Source: Verrucomicrobiales bacterium (GTDB taxonomy: Bacteria; Verrucomicrobiota; Verrucomicrobiia; Limisphaerales; CANJXF01). Taken from it: a stretch of 64,000 nt of DNA. The notes beneath the pieces were generated by a model. The model saw only the letters and a program-made list of their open reading frames with translations, did no database searches and was not told the DNA's origin. Shown piece by piece: positions 19,182 through 27,531 of this stretch; positions within the stretch are counted from its first letter, which is position 1; every line of letters begins with the position of its first letter. The position numbers and the translations under genes were made by a program. The DNA is taken from contig CANJXF010000007.1 of assembly GCA_947478865.1 (NCBI GenBank), positions 1,273-65,272 on the forward strand, written 5' to 3'.

Positions 19182-20390
19182 TTGGGTTTGACCGATAAAA
19201 AATTTAATATCCAATGGTTGGCAGACAATCCCAAGCGCATGAACTCCAGCATCCCATCCGATCAAACTTCCCGAGAAAACATCCAGGCGCCGTTTGCCGC
19301 CCGCATCATTCGCGAAAATGAGCCTGAGAACCTGGAATTCCCTTTTTCCTCGCTCAACAGCGCCATTACTCCCACCGAACAGTTTTTCATCCGCAGCCAT
19401 TTTCCGGTGCCGAAAATCAGCCCGGAAACATATCGGCTCAAAGTGGATGGCCACATTGAGCGCCCACTGGAAATCTCCTACGACGACCTGCTGAAAATGC
19501 CTTCCACGCGGGTGACGATGACGCTTGAATGCGCCGGCAACAGCCGCATTTTCCTCTCGCCGAAAGTCAGCGGCTTGCAATGGGAACTCGGCGCAGTCAG
19601 CAACGCCGAGTGGGTGGGCGTGTCGCTTTCCGAGGTGTTGAACCGCGTCGGTGTGAAGCCCGGCACCGTGGACATCATTTTGGAAGGCGCGGACAGCGGC
19701 GAAATCAAAAAGGAACCCAACTCGCCCGGCAAAATCACTTACGCCCGCAGTATTCCCCTGGCCAAAGCGTTCGAAAAGGAAGTCATTCTCGCCTATCAGA
19801 TGAACGGCGAACCGTTGCCCGCTGCGCACGGTTTTCCGCTGCGCGCCATCGTCCCCGGCTGGTATGGAATGGCTTCGGTGAAATGGGTCAATCGCATTTC
19901 CGTCAGCAGCGTTCCCTTCCGCGGCTACTGGCAGACCCTCGACTACACTTACTGGGAAACCCGCAACGGATTGCCGATCGAACTCTTGCCGGTGAGCGAA
20001 ATTGAAGTGAAAGCGGAAATCGCCCGGCCCGGATTGCACGAGGTTTTGCCCGCGAATTCCGTTTACCGAATGCACGGGGCAGCCTGGACCGGCGAGTCGG
20101 AAATCGCGAAAGTCGAAGTCAGCACCGATGGAGGAAAAATCTGGAGCGCAACCCAGCTGCTCGGCGCTTCTGCGAAATATGCCTGGCGGCTTTGGGAATT
20201 TCACTGGCGCACTCCAGCCGAGCCGGGTCGCTACACCGTCATGGCTCGAGCCACCGATGCGCGCGGACGCACCCAGCCCATGGTGCGGGACGCCCATCGC
20301 GGCGGCTATGTCATCACCCACGTGCAACCGATTTTAGTCGAGGTGCGGAAAGTGCAAGGCTCCGCTTCATCCGAAAGCTATAATATTTGA
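19182..20390 (+). CDS. Sulfite-oxidase-family molybdopterin oxidoreductase with a Mo-co dimerisation domain
   Basis: It has the molybdenum-ligand cysteine context TLECAGNSR (compare TLQCAGNRR in sulfite oxidases) and the GFPLRAIVPGWYG block. No signal or TAT peptide is visible. The start is TTG 19182 or ATG 19239. Confidence 0.85.
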   Translation: MGLTDKKFNIQWLADNPKRMNSSIPSDQTSRENIQAPFAARIIRENEPENLEFPFSSLNSAITPTEQFFIRSHFPVPKISPETYRLKVDGHIERPLEISYDDLLKMPSTRVTMTLECAGNSRIFLSPKVSGLQWELGAVSNAEWVGVSLSEVLNRVGVKPGTVDIILEGADSGEIKKEPNSPGKITYARSIPLAKAFEKEVILAYQMNGEPLPAAHGFPLRAIVPGWYGMASVKWVNRISVSSVPFRGYWQTLDYTYWETRNGLPIELLPVSEIEVKAEIARPGLHEVLPANSVYRMHGAAWTGESEIAKVEVSTDGGKIWSATQLLGASAKYAWRLWEFHWRTPAEPGRYTVMARATDARGRTQPMVRDAHRGGYVITHVQPILVEVRKVQGSASSESYNI

Positions 20391-20412
20391 GGTAAAGCAT
20401 TGGACCGGGTCT

Positions 20413-20815
20413 CAGCGCCGCAGGCGCGGCATCATTGTAGAAGACCACCCGCAAAAGGATGAGGCCCCGCCAGGGCGGCATATTCTGTAGGGCACTCTGT
20501 GGACGCCGAGGGCGACGGCCACAGGCTGCCCCTACATCAAAAAAAGATGTCGCGCCTACGGCGCTGGGGAATTTGCCGAAGGGATTACGTCATTCAGCCC
20601 AGCGTTGTCGTGACGCAGGAACGGCTGCGCTGGGTAAGGGCAAACAAATTTTAACAACTCTGAAGGAGTTGCAGCCAACAGCAGCCGGAAGGTAATGCAA
20701 CCCCGTTGGGGTTGAGGATTTTTTGGACGATGACCCAGGGTAGTCGTTCCTCGCCCGTCCCGCTCAGATCGCCAACCCTGGGCTGAGGGATGGAATCCCG
20801 TTGGGATTTCGCTCC
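20413..20815. repeat. Non-coding block of nested GC-rich palindromes (REP/MITE-like)
   Basis: At least seven hairpins lie within ~400 bp, and a 21-nt motif is present in both orientations (20413-20433 and 20546-20566). Details are in the finding. I find no credible ORF. Confidence 0.55.
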
Positions 20816-20819
20816 GAAC

Positions 20820-22058
20820 TTAATCAGTCAAATTCACGGTCGCTTCCAATTTTTGGATAACCTCCGTGCTCGCGTAAATTCCGAGATCAGGCGAATCAAT
20901 GTCGTCCATGAAAATAACCGCCCATAGTTCGCTCGATTTGCCTTTCGCCGTGATAGAGAATCGGAAAGCTTTGGTTTGTCCGGGTCGGGTTTCCTCCGCT
21001 ACTCCAATGACCTCCGCCACTTCCTGAGTGCTGAATCCTTCATCAATGAACGCAGCTAGCGTTTTCAAAACCGGTTCAAGATTTTCAAAATCAAGATTCG
21101 CCGACCATTCTTTCAAACCCTTCGGAATGGACTTCCGGCTTTTGTTGACTAAATGGATCGGCGGCGGCGCTTTCTCAACTAAGCAGCCAATTTTCTTTAA
21201 GGCTCGTTTTGCTTCGAGACGAGTCTCTGCGTCAGTGTCGCGGAGGTATTTTCTGATTTGCGGCTCAAACTGTTTCGCTTTAAGGATGCCAAGATTTTTC
21301 AAGGCCGCCCGCGTCATCCAGTCTTCATCCATCACAGAAGCGAAGACTTCCGCAGCGCGGAGATGCTTGGTTTTGGCCAGCACGTAAATCATCCCGTTCC
21401 GGCTTGTGCCGTAACGCGAATCCTCGATCACCCCAATCACCTGCCCGGCCAATTCACGCAACATCAGGTCGCTGTGATTCATAAAAACGGAGCATATGTC
21501 GTCCCGCAAGCTGGGATCTTTCTCGACCTTGAAACGTTCTACTAACCAGTGGGCGACAAAGGCTCGATCCACCTTGGCAATTTCGCATTTCGTGAACTGC
21601 CAGTAAACAATGCGACGCCAAATGAAATGAACTTCGTCACAGAACCCCATTAATGCTTCCTGCGCCCGCCGACTCAAAGTAACTCTTCCCGCCTCCACGT
21701 CTTCCGATGTCACACCGTCTGGTTTGAGGATTTCTTCAATGCGCTCGAAAATTAATTGGCGCTCTGAATCGCCAAAAATATTTTCCGGTTTCATCCGGGA
21801 GAAACGCAGTATTTCAGAATAAATATTTTTCCCAATGGCATCGTCGGCCACTTCAATTTTCAAATGACCAAAAGCAAGAACGGTGACCTGAATCTCGACC
21901 GGATCATCCGACAGGAAGTAGGAACAGGTCACGGCGGCGGGCAATTTCACTTTGTCTAAAAGAATCCGTTGAGACAAGTCTTGATAGGCATCCGTTTCGA
22001 TCCCAGCGGAACGCAACACCCAAGCATCCTTCGCGACAATCTTGACCTCAAAGTCCAT
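20820..22058 (-). CDS. Hypothetical protein with a central HEAT/PBS-lyase-type repeat region (412 aa), lower GC
   Basis: It has an ATG start and a long ORF with normal amino-acid composition. The repeat signature is RAALKNLGILKAKQFEPQIRKYLRDTDAETRLEAKRALKKIG. I recognise no catalytic motif. Confidence 0.6.
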   Translation of the reverse strand: MDFEVKIVAKDAWVLRSAGIETDAYQDLSQRILLDKVKLPAAVTCSYFLSDDPVEIQVTVLAFGHLKIEVADDAIGKNIYSEILRFSRMKPENIFGDSERQLIFERIEEILKPDGVTSEDVEAGRVTLSRRAQEALMGFCDEVHFIWRRIVYWQFTKCEIAKVDRAFVAHWLVERFKVEKDPSLRDDICSVFMNHSDLMLRELAGQVIGVIEDSRYGTSRNGMIYVLAKTKHLRAAEVFASVMDEDWMTRAALKNLGILKAKQFEPQIRKYLRDTDAETRLEAKRALKKIGCLVEKAPPPIHLVNKSRKSIPKGLKEWSANLDFENLEPVLKTLAAFIDEGFSTQEVAEVIGVAEETRPGQTKAFRFSITAKGKSSELWAVIFMDDIDSPDLGIYASTEVIQKLEATVNLTD

Positions 22059-22069
22059 GGTTTAGATTC

Positions 22070-22333
22070 TTATGGCTTCAGCGCCGCATTCGTCACCAGC
22101 CGTTCGCGGCCAACCCGCCCGATGTCCTCAGCCAGTTGCATCACATTTGTATCCTGGTAAGTCTGATAACGTCCGTTGTCCAAACTAGTGATGCCAACGG
22201 CGATGTCATTTTTCAAAGCAGCAAGCTGCCGTTGGCGAAACGCATCTGATCCAGTCCACCAACGGAACAATTCATATTGTTCGTCCGGGCCAAGCTCGGC
22301 TGCAGCCAATTTGATTTTTTCAACGGCGCTCAT
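22070..22333 (-). CDS. Small helical protein resembling antitoxin components (Unstab_antitox-like N-terminus, ParD-like C-terminal segment)
   Basis: The 87-aa ORF ends 11 nt upstream of the 412-aa ORF. The resemblance rests on KIKLAAAELGPDEQYELFRWW and LAALKNDIAVGITSLDNGRYQTYQD, judged by eye only. Confidence 0.5.
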   Translation of the reverse strand: MSAVEKIKLAAAELGPDEQYELFRWWTGSDAFRQRQLAALKNDIAVGITSLDNGRYQTYQDTNVMQLAEDIGRVGRERLVTNAALKP

Positions 22334-22364
22334 GGTTTGAAATTATCACACCACCCCGCCGGTT

Positions 22365-23591
22365 CTATTTCTTTTTATGCACCTTCGCTGCGACCTTCAG
22401 GCGCAGGCCGTTCAAGCGGATGAAGCCGGTGGCGTCGTCCTGGTTGTAGGCCTTGGTCGGGTCGGCTTCCATCGTGGCGATGTGCGGGTTGTAGAGGCTC
22501 ACCGGGCTCTTGCGGCCGCTGACCATGATGTTGCCCTTGTAGAGTTTCACGCGCACCGTGCCGGTGACGTTCTTCTGCGATTCCTCGACGTAGGCTTGGA
22601 GCGCGTAACGTTCGGGCGCATACCAGAAGCCGTTATAGACGAGCTCGGCATACTTCGGAATGAGCGCATCGCGCTGGTGCATGACCTCGCGGTCCATCGT
22701 CAGGCTTTCCATCTGGCGATGCGCGAACAGCAGGATCGCGCCGCCGGGCGTCTCATACACGCCGCGCGATTTCATGCCGACGAAACGGTTCTCCACCATG
22801 TCCACGCGGCCGACGCCGTGTTTGCCGCCGATCTTGTTCAATGCCTTCATCACGCCGAGCGGGTTCAGCTTGTTGCCGTTCACCGCGACGCAATCGCCCT
22901 TCACGAAATCGAGTTCGACGAATTCCGGCTTGTTGGGTGCGTCTTCGGGCAGCACGGAAAGCGTGGTGAAATAGCTGCGATTCTTCAGGTCGTAAGAATC
23001 AAACCACGGATCTTCAAGGATGCCGGCCTCATAGGAGATGTGCAGGAGGTTGCGGTCCATCGAATACGGTTTCTTGGCGCTGGCTTGCACGGGAATCTTG
23101 TGCTTGGCGCAGTAGTCAATCATCTCCTGCCGGCCGGGGAATTCGCTGCGATAACGTTCGTCGCGCCACGGGGCGATAACCTGCAAGTCCGGCGCGAGGG
23201 CGGCGGCGGTGAGTTCGAAGCGAACCTGGTCGTTGCCCTTGCCGGTCGCACCGTGCGCGATGGCGTCGGCCTTTTCCTTTTTCGCGATTTCGACCATGCG
23301 CTTGGCGATTAGCGGGCGCGCGATGGAGGTGCCGAGGAAGTATTGGCCCTCGTAAATCGCCCCGGCGCGGAGCATCGGATAGATGAAGTCCTTGGCGAAT
23401 TCTTCCTGGAGGTTATCAATGTAAATCTTGGAGGCGCCGGTCTTGATGGCTTTGGCTTCGAGGCCGTCGAGTTCCTCTTCCTGCCCGATGTCGGCGCAGA
23501 AGCCGATCATCTCGGCGTTGTATTTTTCTTTGATCCACGACATCAGGACGGACGTGTCGAGGCCACCGGAGTAAGCGAGAACAATTTTCAT
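22365..23591 (-). CDS. argG: Argininosuccinate synthase
   Basis: 408 aa, with the N-terminal AYSGGLDTS motif and full-length similarity to type I ArgG. Confidence 0.97.
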   Translation of the reverse strand: MKIVLAYSGGLDTSVLMSWIKEKYNAEMIGFCADIGQEEELDGLEAKAIKTGASKIYIDNLQEEFAKDFIYPMLRAGAIYEGQYFLGTSIARPLIAKRMVEIAKKEKADAIAHGATGKGNDQVRFELTAAALAPDLQVIAPWRDERYRSEFPGRQEMIDYCAKHKIPVQASAKKPYSMDRNLLHISYEAGILEDPWFDSYDLKNRSYFTTLSVLPEDAPNKPEFVELDFVKGDCVAVNGNKLNPLGVMKALNKIGGKHGVGRVDMVENRFVGMKSRGVYETPGGAILLFAHRQMESLTMDREVMHQRDALIPKYAELVYNGFWYAPERYALQAYVEESQKNVTGTVRVKLYKGNIMVSGRKSPVSLYNPHIATMEADPTKAYNQDDATGFIRLNGLRLKVAAKVHKKK

Positions 23592-23642
23592 AAATTTGTG
23601 GGCCGAATCATCGCGAAAGGCGGCGAAAGGACAATATTTGTT

Positions 23643-24605
23643 TTAAGGAATGAGGACGATCTTGCCGTAAGCGCCGGGTTCTAAAACGGCCTCATGCGCT
23701 TTGGCCGCGGTGGCCAGCGGCAGTTCTTTTCCTACGACAGGTCGCAAGCTGCCGTTTTCCAAACCAGCCCCAAGCGCGGCGTAAATGCTCGTTAATTCTG
23801 CGGCGGTTGCATTGCCTAAAACCATCCCGAGAATGTGCGCATCGCGGCTCATTGCATCGCGCGGATTGATTTCAATTTTGCCACGATTTCCGACGACGAC
23901 GACACGGCCACCTTTGGCCAGCGCGGTCAAATCATTCGCGAGATTTACGTTGGCCAGCATTTCGATAATCACATCGAAACCGCGCCCGTCCGTCAGCGCG
24001 ACGGCTCGTTCCAAATAATTGGGCGCCTGGTGATCGAACACGTGATGCGCGCCGTTTTCCAGGACGAGATTTTTTCCGCGCCCGGTTCCGGCCGTGCCGA
24101 AAACAAGGAGTCCAGCCGCGCGGGCAATTTGCGTCGCCGCAGTCCCAACGCCGCCGCTTGCCCCGTGAATCAAGACCGATTCGCCGGGCAGCGCTTTGGC
24201 ACGTTGAAACAGCGCCCGATAAGCCGTCGCGTAGGACGTGCTGATTCCTGCACCCTGGGCAAAGGAAATGTTGTCCGGCAACCGATGAACATCATCTGGA
24301 TCGCACAGACAAAATTCCGCGTAGGCGCCGGTGGAGGTTCCTGAAATATAAACGCGATCCCCGACGCGAGCGGAGGTCACGTCTGCGCCCGCAGCTTCAA
24401 CGACGCCAGCCGCATCTTTTCCTGGCGTGTAGGGCAACGGCGGCAGCATCGGATAGATTCCAGAACGGATGTAAGTCTCAACGGGATTTACGCCGATGGC
24501 TTTGACGCGCACGAGCAGTTGCTTTGATGAAGCCTGCGGCGTTGGAACTTCATTGGACCGCAAAACGTCCGGGCCGCCAAATTGATCTACGCGTATGGCT
24601 TTCAT
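23643..24605 (-). CDS. NADPH:quinone oxidoreductase (zeta-crystallin-type MDR)
   Basis: 320 aa, with a GroES-like N-terminus and the Rossmann motif HGASGGVGTAATQIA. Confidence 0.9.
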   Translation of the reverse strand: MKAIRVDQFGGPDVLRSNEVPTPQASSKQLLVRVKAIGVNPVETYIRSGIYPMLPPLPYTPGKDAAGVVEAAGADVTSARVGDRVYISGTSTGAYAEFCLCDPDDVHRLPDNISFAQGAGISTSYATAYRALFQRAKALPGESVLIHGASGGVGTAATQIARAAGLLVFGTAGTGRGKNLVLENGAHHVFDHQAPNYLERAVALTDGRGFDVIIEMLANVNLANDLTALAKGGRVVVVGNRGKIEINPRDAMSRDAHILGMVLGNATAAELTSIYAALGAGLENGSLRPVVGKELPLATAAKAHEAVLEPGAYGKIVLIP

Positions 24606-24685
24606 ATTTAACTGGGTATCACCTGCCTTTGGCGGGCGCGAATTTTATTATCAATGCGGACATCAGCCGCAAGTGCCACCACGAT

Positions 24686-25975
24686 TTAGGCGCGCACCCA
24701 GCGTTTCGCTTTCATTTCGAAACGCGGCAAGGTTCCCGGCGCAACGATCGAAACGGGGATGCGCAAATTGAAGGTCATTTGCAAATCCTTCTCGATGCGG
24801 CGCGCGAGATCTTTTGAATCGGCGAAGGCCGCATCTGCTTCAATGGCCAGCGAGAGTTCGGCCAGGCTGGATTCGACTTTGACCGTCGCCTGAAACTCCG
24901 CGATTTCTTGGAAGCGCCGCAACACATCCTCGACGGCGGATGGGTGGACGTTCACGCCGCGAACCGTAAACATATCATCAACCCGGCCTAAGATTCCGCC
25001 GCGCAAGGCGAGATCATTTCGCCCGCAAACACAGCGAGCGCCTTCGCCCGCCTGAACCAGATCGCCGGTGCGATAACGAAAAACCGGCGAACCAATCCGG
25101 CCCAGCGTCGTTAAAACCAGCTCGCCCTTTTCACCGGGCAAAACCGCGGTGCCCGTTTGTGGATTCACGATTTCGGCGAAGTAAGCGGATTCAAGAACGT
25201 GCAACACGCCGGGTTGCGCGGGGCATTCGTAAGTCACGGGCCCGGTCTCGGTCATGCCGTGATGGTCGAACACTTTTGCACCAGGCCAAAGCGTTTCCAG
25301 TCGATCCCGAATTGCCGGGATACTGCCGCCGGGTTCCCCCGCCACGACGATTTTCCGCACGAAAGATTTCTCCAAAGGAAAGTTCTCGCGCGCGGCGACT
25401 TCGGCCAGGCGCAATGCGTAAGTCGGCGTGCAGCAGAGAACACTCGGTTGGTTTTCGATGATGGCTTTAAGCCGGGCTTCGCTGCTCAAACCGCCGCCCG
25501 GGATACACAGCGCGCCAATTTTTTGCCCGGCATCGAACGCGAGCCAAAAGCCGATAAACGGCCCGAAGGAAAAAGCGAAATAGATTTTGTCATGTGCTCC
25601 AACTTCGGCGGCGGTGAAAATATTCATCCAGCTTTCCACCATCCACTCCCAGTTTTCCGGCGTGTCGAGCCAGCGCAAGGGGGTGCCGGTGGTGCCGCTG
25701 GTTTGATGAAAACGGGTATAGCGTTCGAGCGGAAACGTCAGGTTTGTTCCGTATGGCGGATGAGCGGATTGGTCGGCGACAAGCTCCTGCTTGGTGGTGA
25801 AAGGAAATCGGGCAGAAAAATCCGCCAACGAAGCAACCTCGAAAATCAGACCCGCAGCCTGAAACTTTCGGGTGTAAAACCTATTCGACGGAACCCATTT
25901 TTCAACCAGCGTACGGAGCCGTTCCAGTTGACCAACCTGAATGGCCGCGCGGTCGGGATGCTTGCCATCGACCAT
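24686..25975 (-). CDS. Phenylacetate-CoA ligase family adenylating enzyme (PaaK / F390-synthetase-like)
   Basis: 429 aa, with the TSGTTGTP adenylation motif and PaaK-like length and C-terminal domain. Confidence 0.85.
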   Translation of the reverse strand: MVDGKHPDRAAIQVGQLERLRTLVEKWVPSNRFYTRKFQAAGLIFEVASLADFSARFPFTTKQELVADQSAHPPYGTNLTFPLERYTRFHQTSGTTGTPLRWLDTPENWEWMVESWMNIFTAAEVGAHDKIYFAFSFGPFIGFWLAFDAGQKIGALCIPGGGLSSEARLKAIIENQPSVLCCTPTYALRLAEVAARENFPLEKSFVRKIVVAGEPGGSIPAIRDRLETLWPGAKVFDHHGMTETGPVTYECPAQPGVLHVLESAYFAEIVNPQTGTAVLPGEKGELVLTTLGRIGSPVFRYRTGDLVQAGEGARCVCGRNDLALRGGILGRVDDMFTVRGVNVHPSAVEDVLRRFQEIAEFQATVKVESSLAELSLAIEADAAFADSKDLARRIEKDLQMTFNLRIPVSIVAPGTLPRFEMKAKRWVRA

Positions 25976-25983
25976 GTGCCACG

Positions 25984-26538
25984 TTACTCCGCGGCGGACT
26001 TAGCCGGGGCAATTTTCGCTCCGGCGGATGTGGAAACAGTCCCGACATTCGACGGGGCATACTTGGCGACCAGAAATGCTCCGCCCGCCGCCAGCACACA
26101 TCCAAGAATGAACGGAGCGGGCAAACTTTTCCAGCCGCCCTCTGGAGGATGCACCGTCATGGCGACAATGGTGTTGACGATGGGAGCGCCGCCAAAAACG
26201 ATGGGCATCACTGCGGCAGCCGCAGCACCTTTGTAAATTTGAGCAGCAGACCCGAGGGCGAGCACCAGAGTAAAGGCGCCGATGGCACCCGCAGCGCCAG
26301 CAATAAGACTCCACTTGATTCCGCCGCTGCTGAAACTCCAGTTTGAACCACGCAGCTTCAAAACGGCGGCGGCAGCCAGGCCGATCAACGTGTAGGCGAT
26401 ACACACAAACAGAAATGCCTTCAACCCAGCGTGCGGCGTTTCCGCTCCCATGGGCATATTGCCGCGACCTTTGTGCAGGAGCACTCCGTAAACACCCCAC
26501 GACACCACGGTCATTAATGCAAAGATAAGCCAGTTCAT
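25984..26538 (-). CDS. Small multi-pass membrane protein (about 5 TM, EamA-half-like)
   Basis: The 184-aa hydrophobic ORF has an ATG start and ends 8 nt upstream of the PaaK-like gene. Confidence 0.6.
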   Translation of the reverse strand: MNWLIFALMTVVSWGVYGVLLHKGRGNMPMGAETPHAGLKAFLFVCIAYTLIGLAAAAVLKLRGSNWSFSSGGIKWSLIAGAAGAIGAFTLVLALGSAAQIYKGAAAAAVMPIVFGGAPIVNTIVAMTVHPPEGGWKSLPAPFILGCVLAAGGAFLVAKYAPSNVGTVSTSAGAKIAPAKSAAE

Positions 26539-26631
26539 GCGGAGCAGCTTATGGAGCCGAGCGCTTTACATCAACCGCATTGTCATCCAATTTGCGCATG
26601 AATCTCTTGAAGTCCGAAACGTCTGATTATT

Positions 26632-27057
26632 GTGAAATTCTTATTTCTTAGCTTGAGTTTGCTCCTGGCTGGATGCGCCTCCACTGCCAAAAATTTCGAT
26701 AAGCGCCGCACGGAACGGATTTCCGCCTACAACGCGTTGCCGCCCGAATTCAAAGCCGCGGTTGACCAAGGGCAAATCAAGGTCGGAATGACCCAGGACG
26801 CCGTTTACATCGCCTGGGGATCGCCTTCGGAAGTTTTGAAATCCGCCAATGAGCAGGGTGAGGTCACGCGGTGGCTATACTACGGCTCCTACCTGCAGGA
26901 ATATCGTTATTGGACCGGTTCGCGTGGCGGCTATCGTCGGGGCATCCCGTCCGAGCGTTTGGAATTTGATTATATCCCCCACGATTACGTGAGCGCTGAA
27001 ATTATCTTTTCCAACGGTTTGGTGAAAAGTTGGACGATGCAACCGCGGCCCCAGTAA
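26632..27057 (+). CDS. Small lipoprotein, BamE/SmpA-OmlA-like
   Basis: It has a lipobox (LLLAGCAS) and the GMTQDAVYIAWGSPSEV block typical of the BamE fold. GTG start. Confidence 0.6.
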   Translation: MKFLFLSLSLLLAGCASTAKNFDKRRTERISAYNALPPEFKAAVDQGQIKVGMTQDAVYIAWGSPSEVLKSANEQGEVTRWLYYGSYLQEYRYWTGSRGGYRRGIPSERLEFDYIPHDYVSAEIIFSNGLVKSWTMQPRPQ

Positions 27058-27070
27058 TTCCTCCGCATAA

Positions 27071-27523
27071 TCACTTCCCTGAACCGAGCAATTCGGCCGG
27101 CGCAACTTCGATCAGGTCGGCAATATTCTTTGGGATGGAGCACGCGGACATTTTTCCCTCCGCGTGATGGGTGACGCAGACGACGGTGAGCGAGCCGCGG
27201 GCCACCTCCACGAGCGGCAAGGTGTTCAATTTCCGAAACCGAAACACGTAGCTGAGCGACTTCGACCGTTTTTCCGATACAAGTAATTGCACCTCAACTT
27301 CATCTTCGAAACGCAACGGCTGTTTGTAGTCACATTCCGCGTGAACTCTCGGCCAGCCAACCGGAGGTTCAATCGCGCGCGAGGCAATGGAAAAACCGAG
27401 CGAACGAAAAAAGCCGTGCTCCGCCGTTTCCATGAACCGGAAAAAATTGGAATAATGCATGATGCCCGCCATGTCGGTGTCGGAGAATTCCACACGGCGC
27501 ACGATTTTAAATTCGAAAGGCAT
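27071..27523 (-). CDS. Acyl-CoA thioesterase (4HBT/YbgC hot-dog fold)
   Basis: 150 aa, with the N-terminal VEFSDTDMAGIMHYSNFFRFME catalytic-Asp motif. Confidence 0.85.
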   Translation of the reverse strand: MPFEFKIVRRVEFSDTDMAGIMHYSNFFRFMETAEHGFFRSLGFSIASRAIEPPVGWPRVHAECDYKQPLRFEDEVEVQLLVSEKRSKSLSYVFRFRKLNTLPLVEVARGSLTVVCVTHHAEGKMSACSIPKNIADLIEVAPAELLGSGK

Positions 27524-27531
27524 GGCAAAAT

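Noticed and set aside
20459-20695. 78-aa ORF (MRPRQGGIFCRALCGRRGRRPQAAPTS..) inside the palindrome block
   Set aside because: The R/G/P-rich product is encoded by hairpin repeats. This is the classic mis-annotation of REP-like DNA.
20698-20724. CAACCCC-gtt-GGGGTTG plus T-run as a terminator of the sulfite-oxidase-family gene
   Set aside because: It lies ~310 nt beyond the stop, the T-run is separated from the stem by 4 nt, and it is embedded in repeat DNA. It may function as a terminator, but I do not call it as a separate feature.
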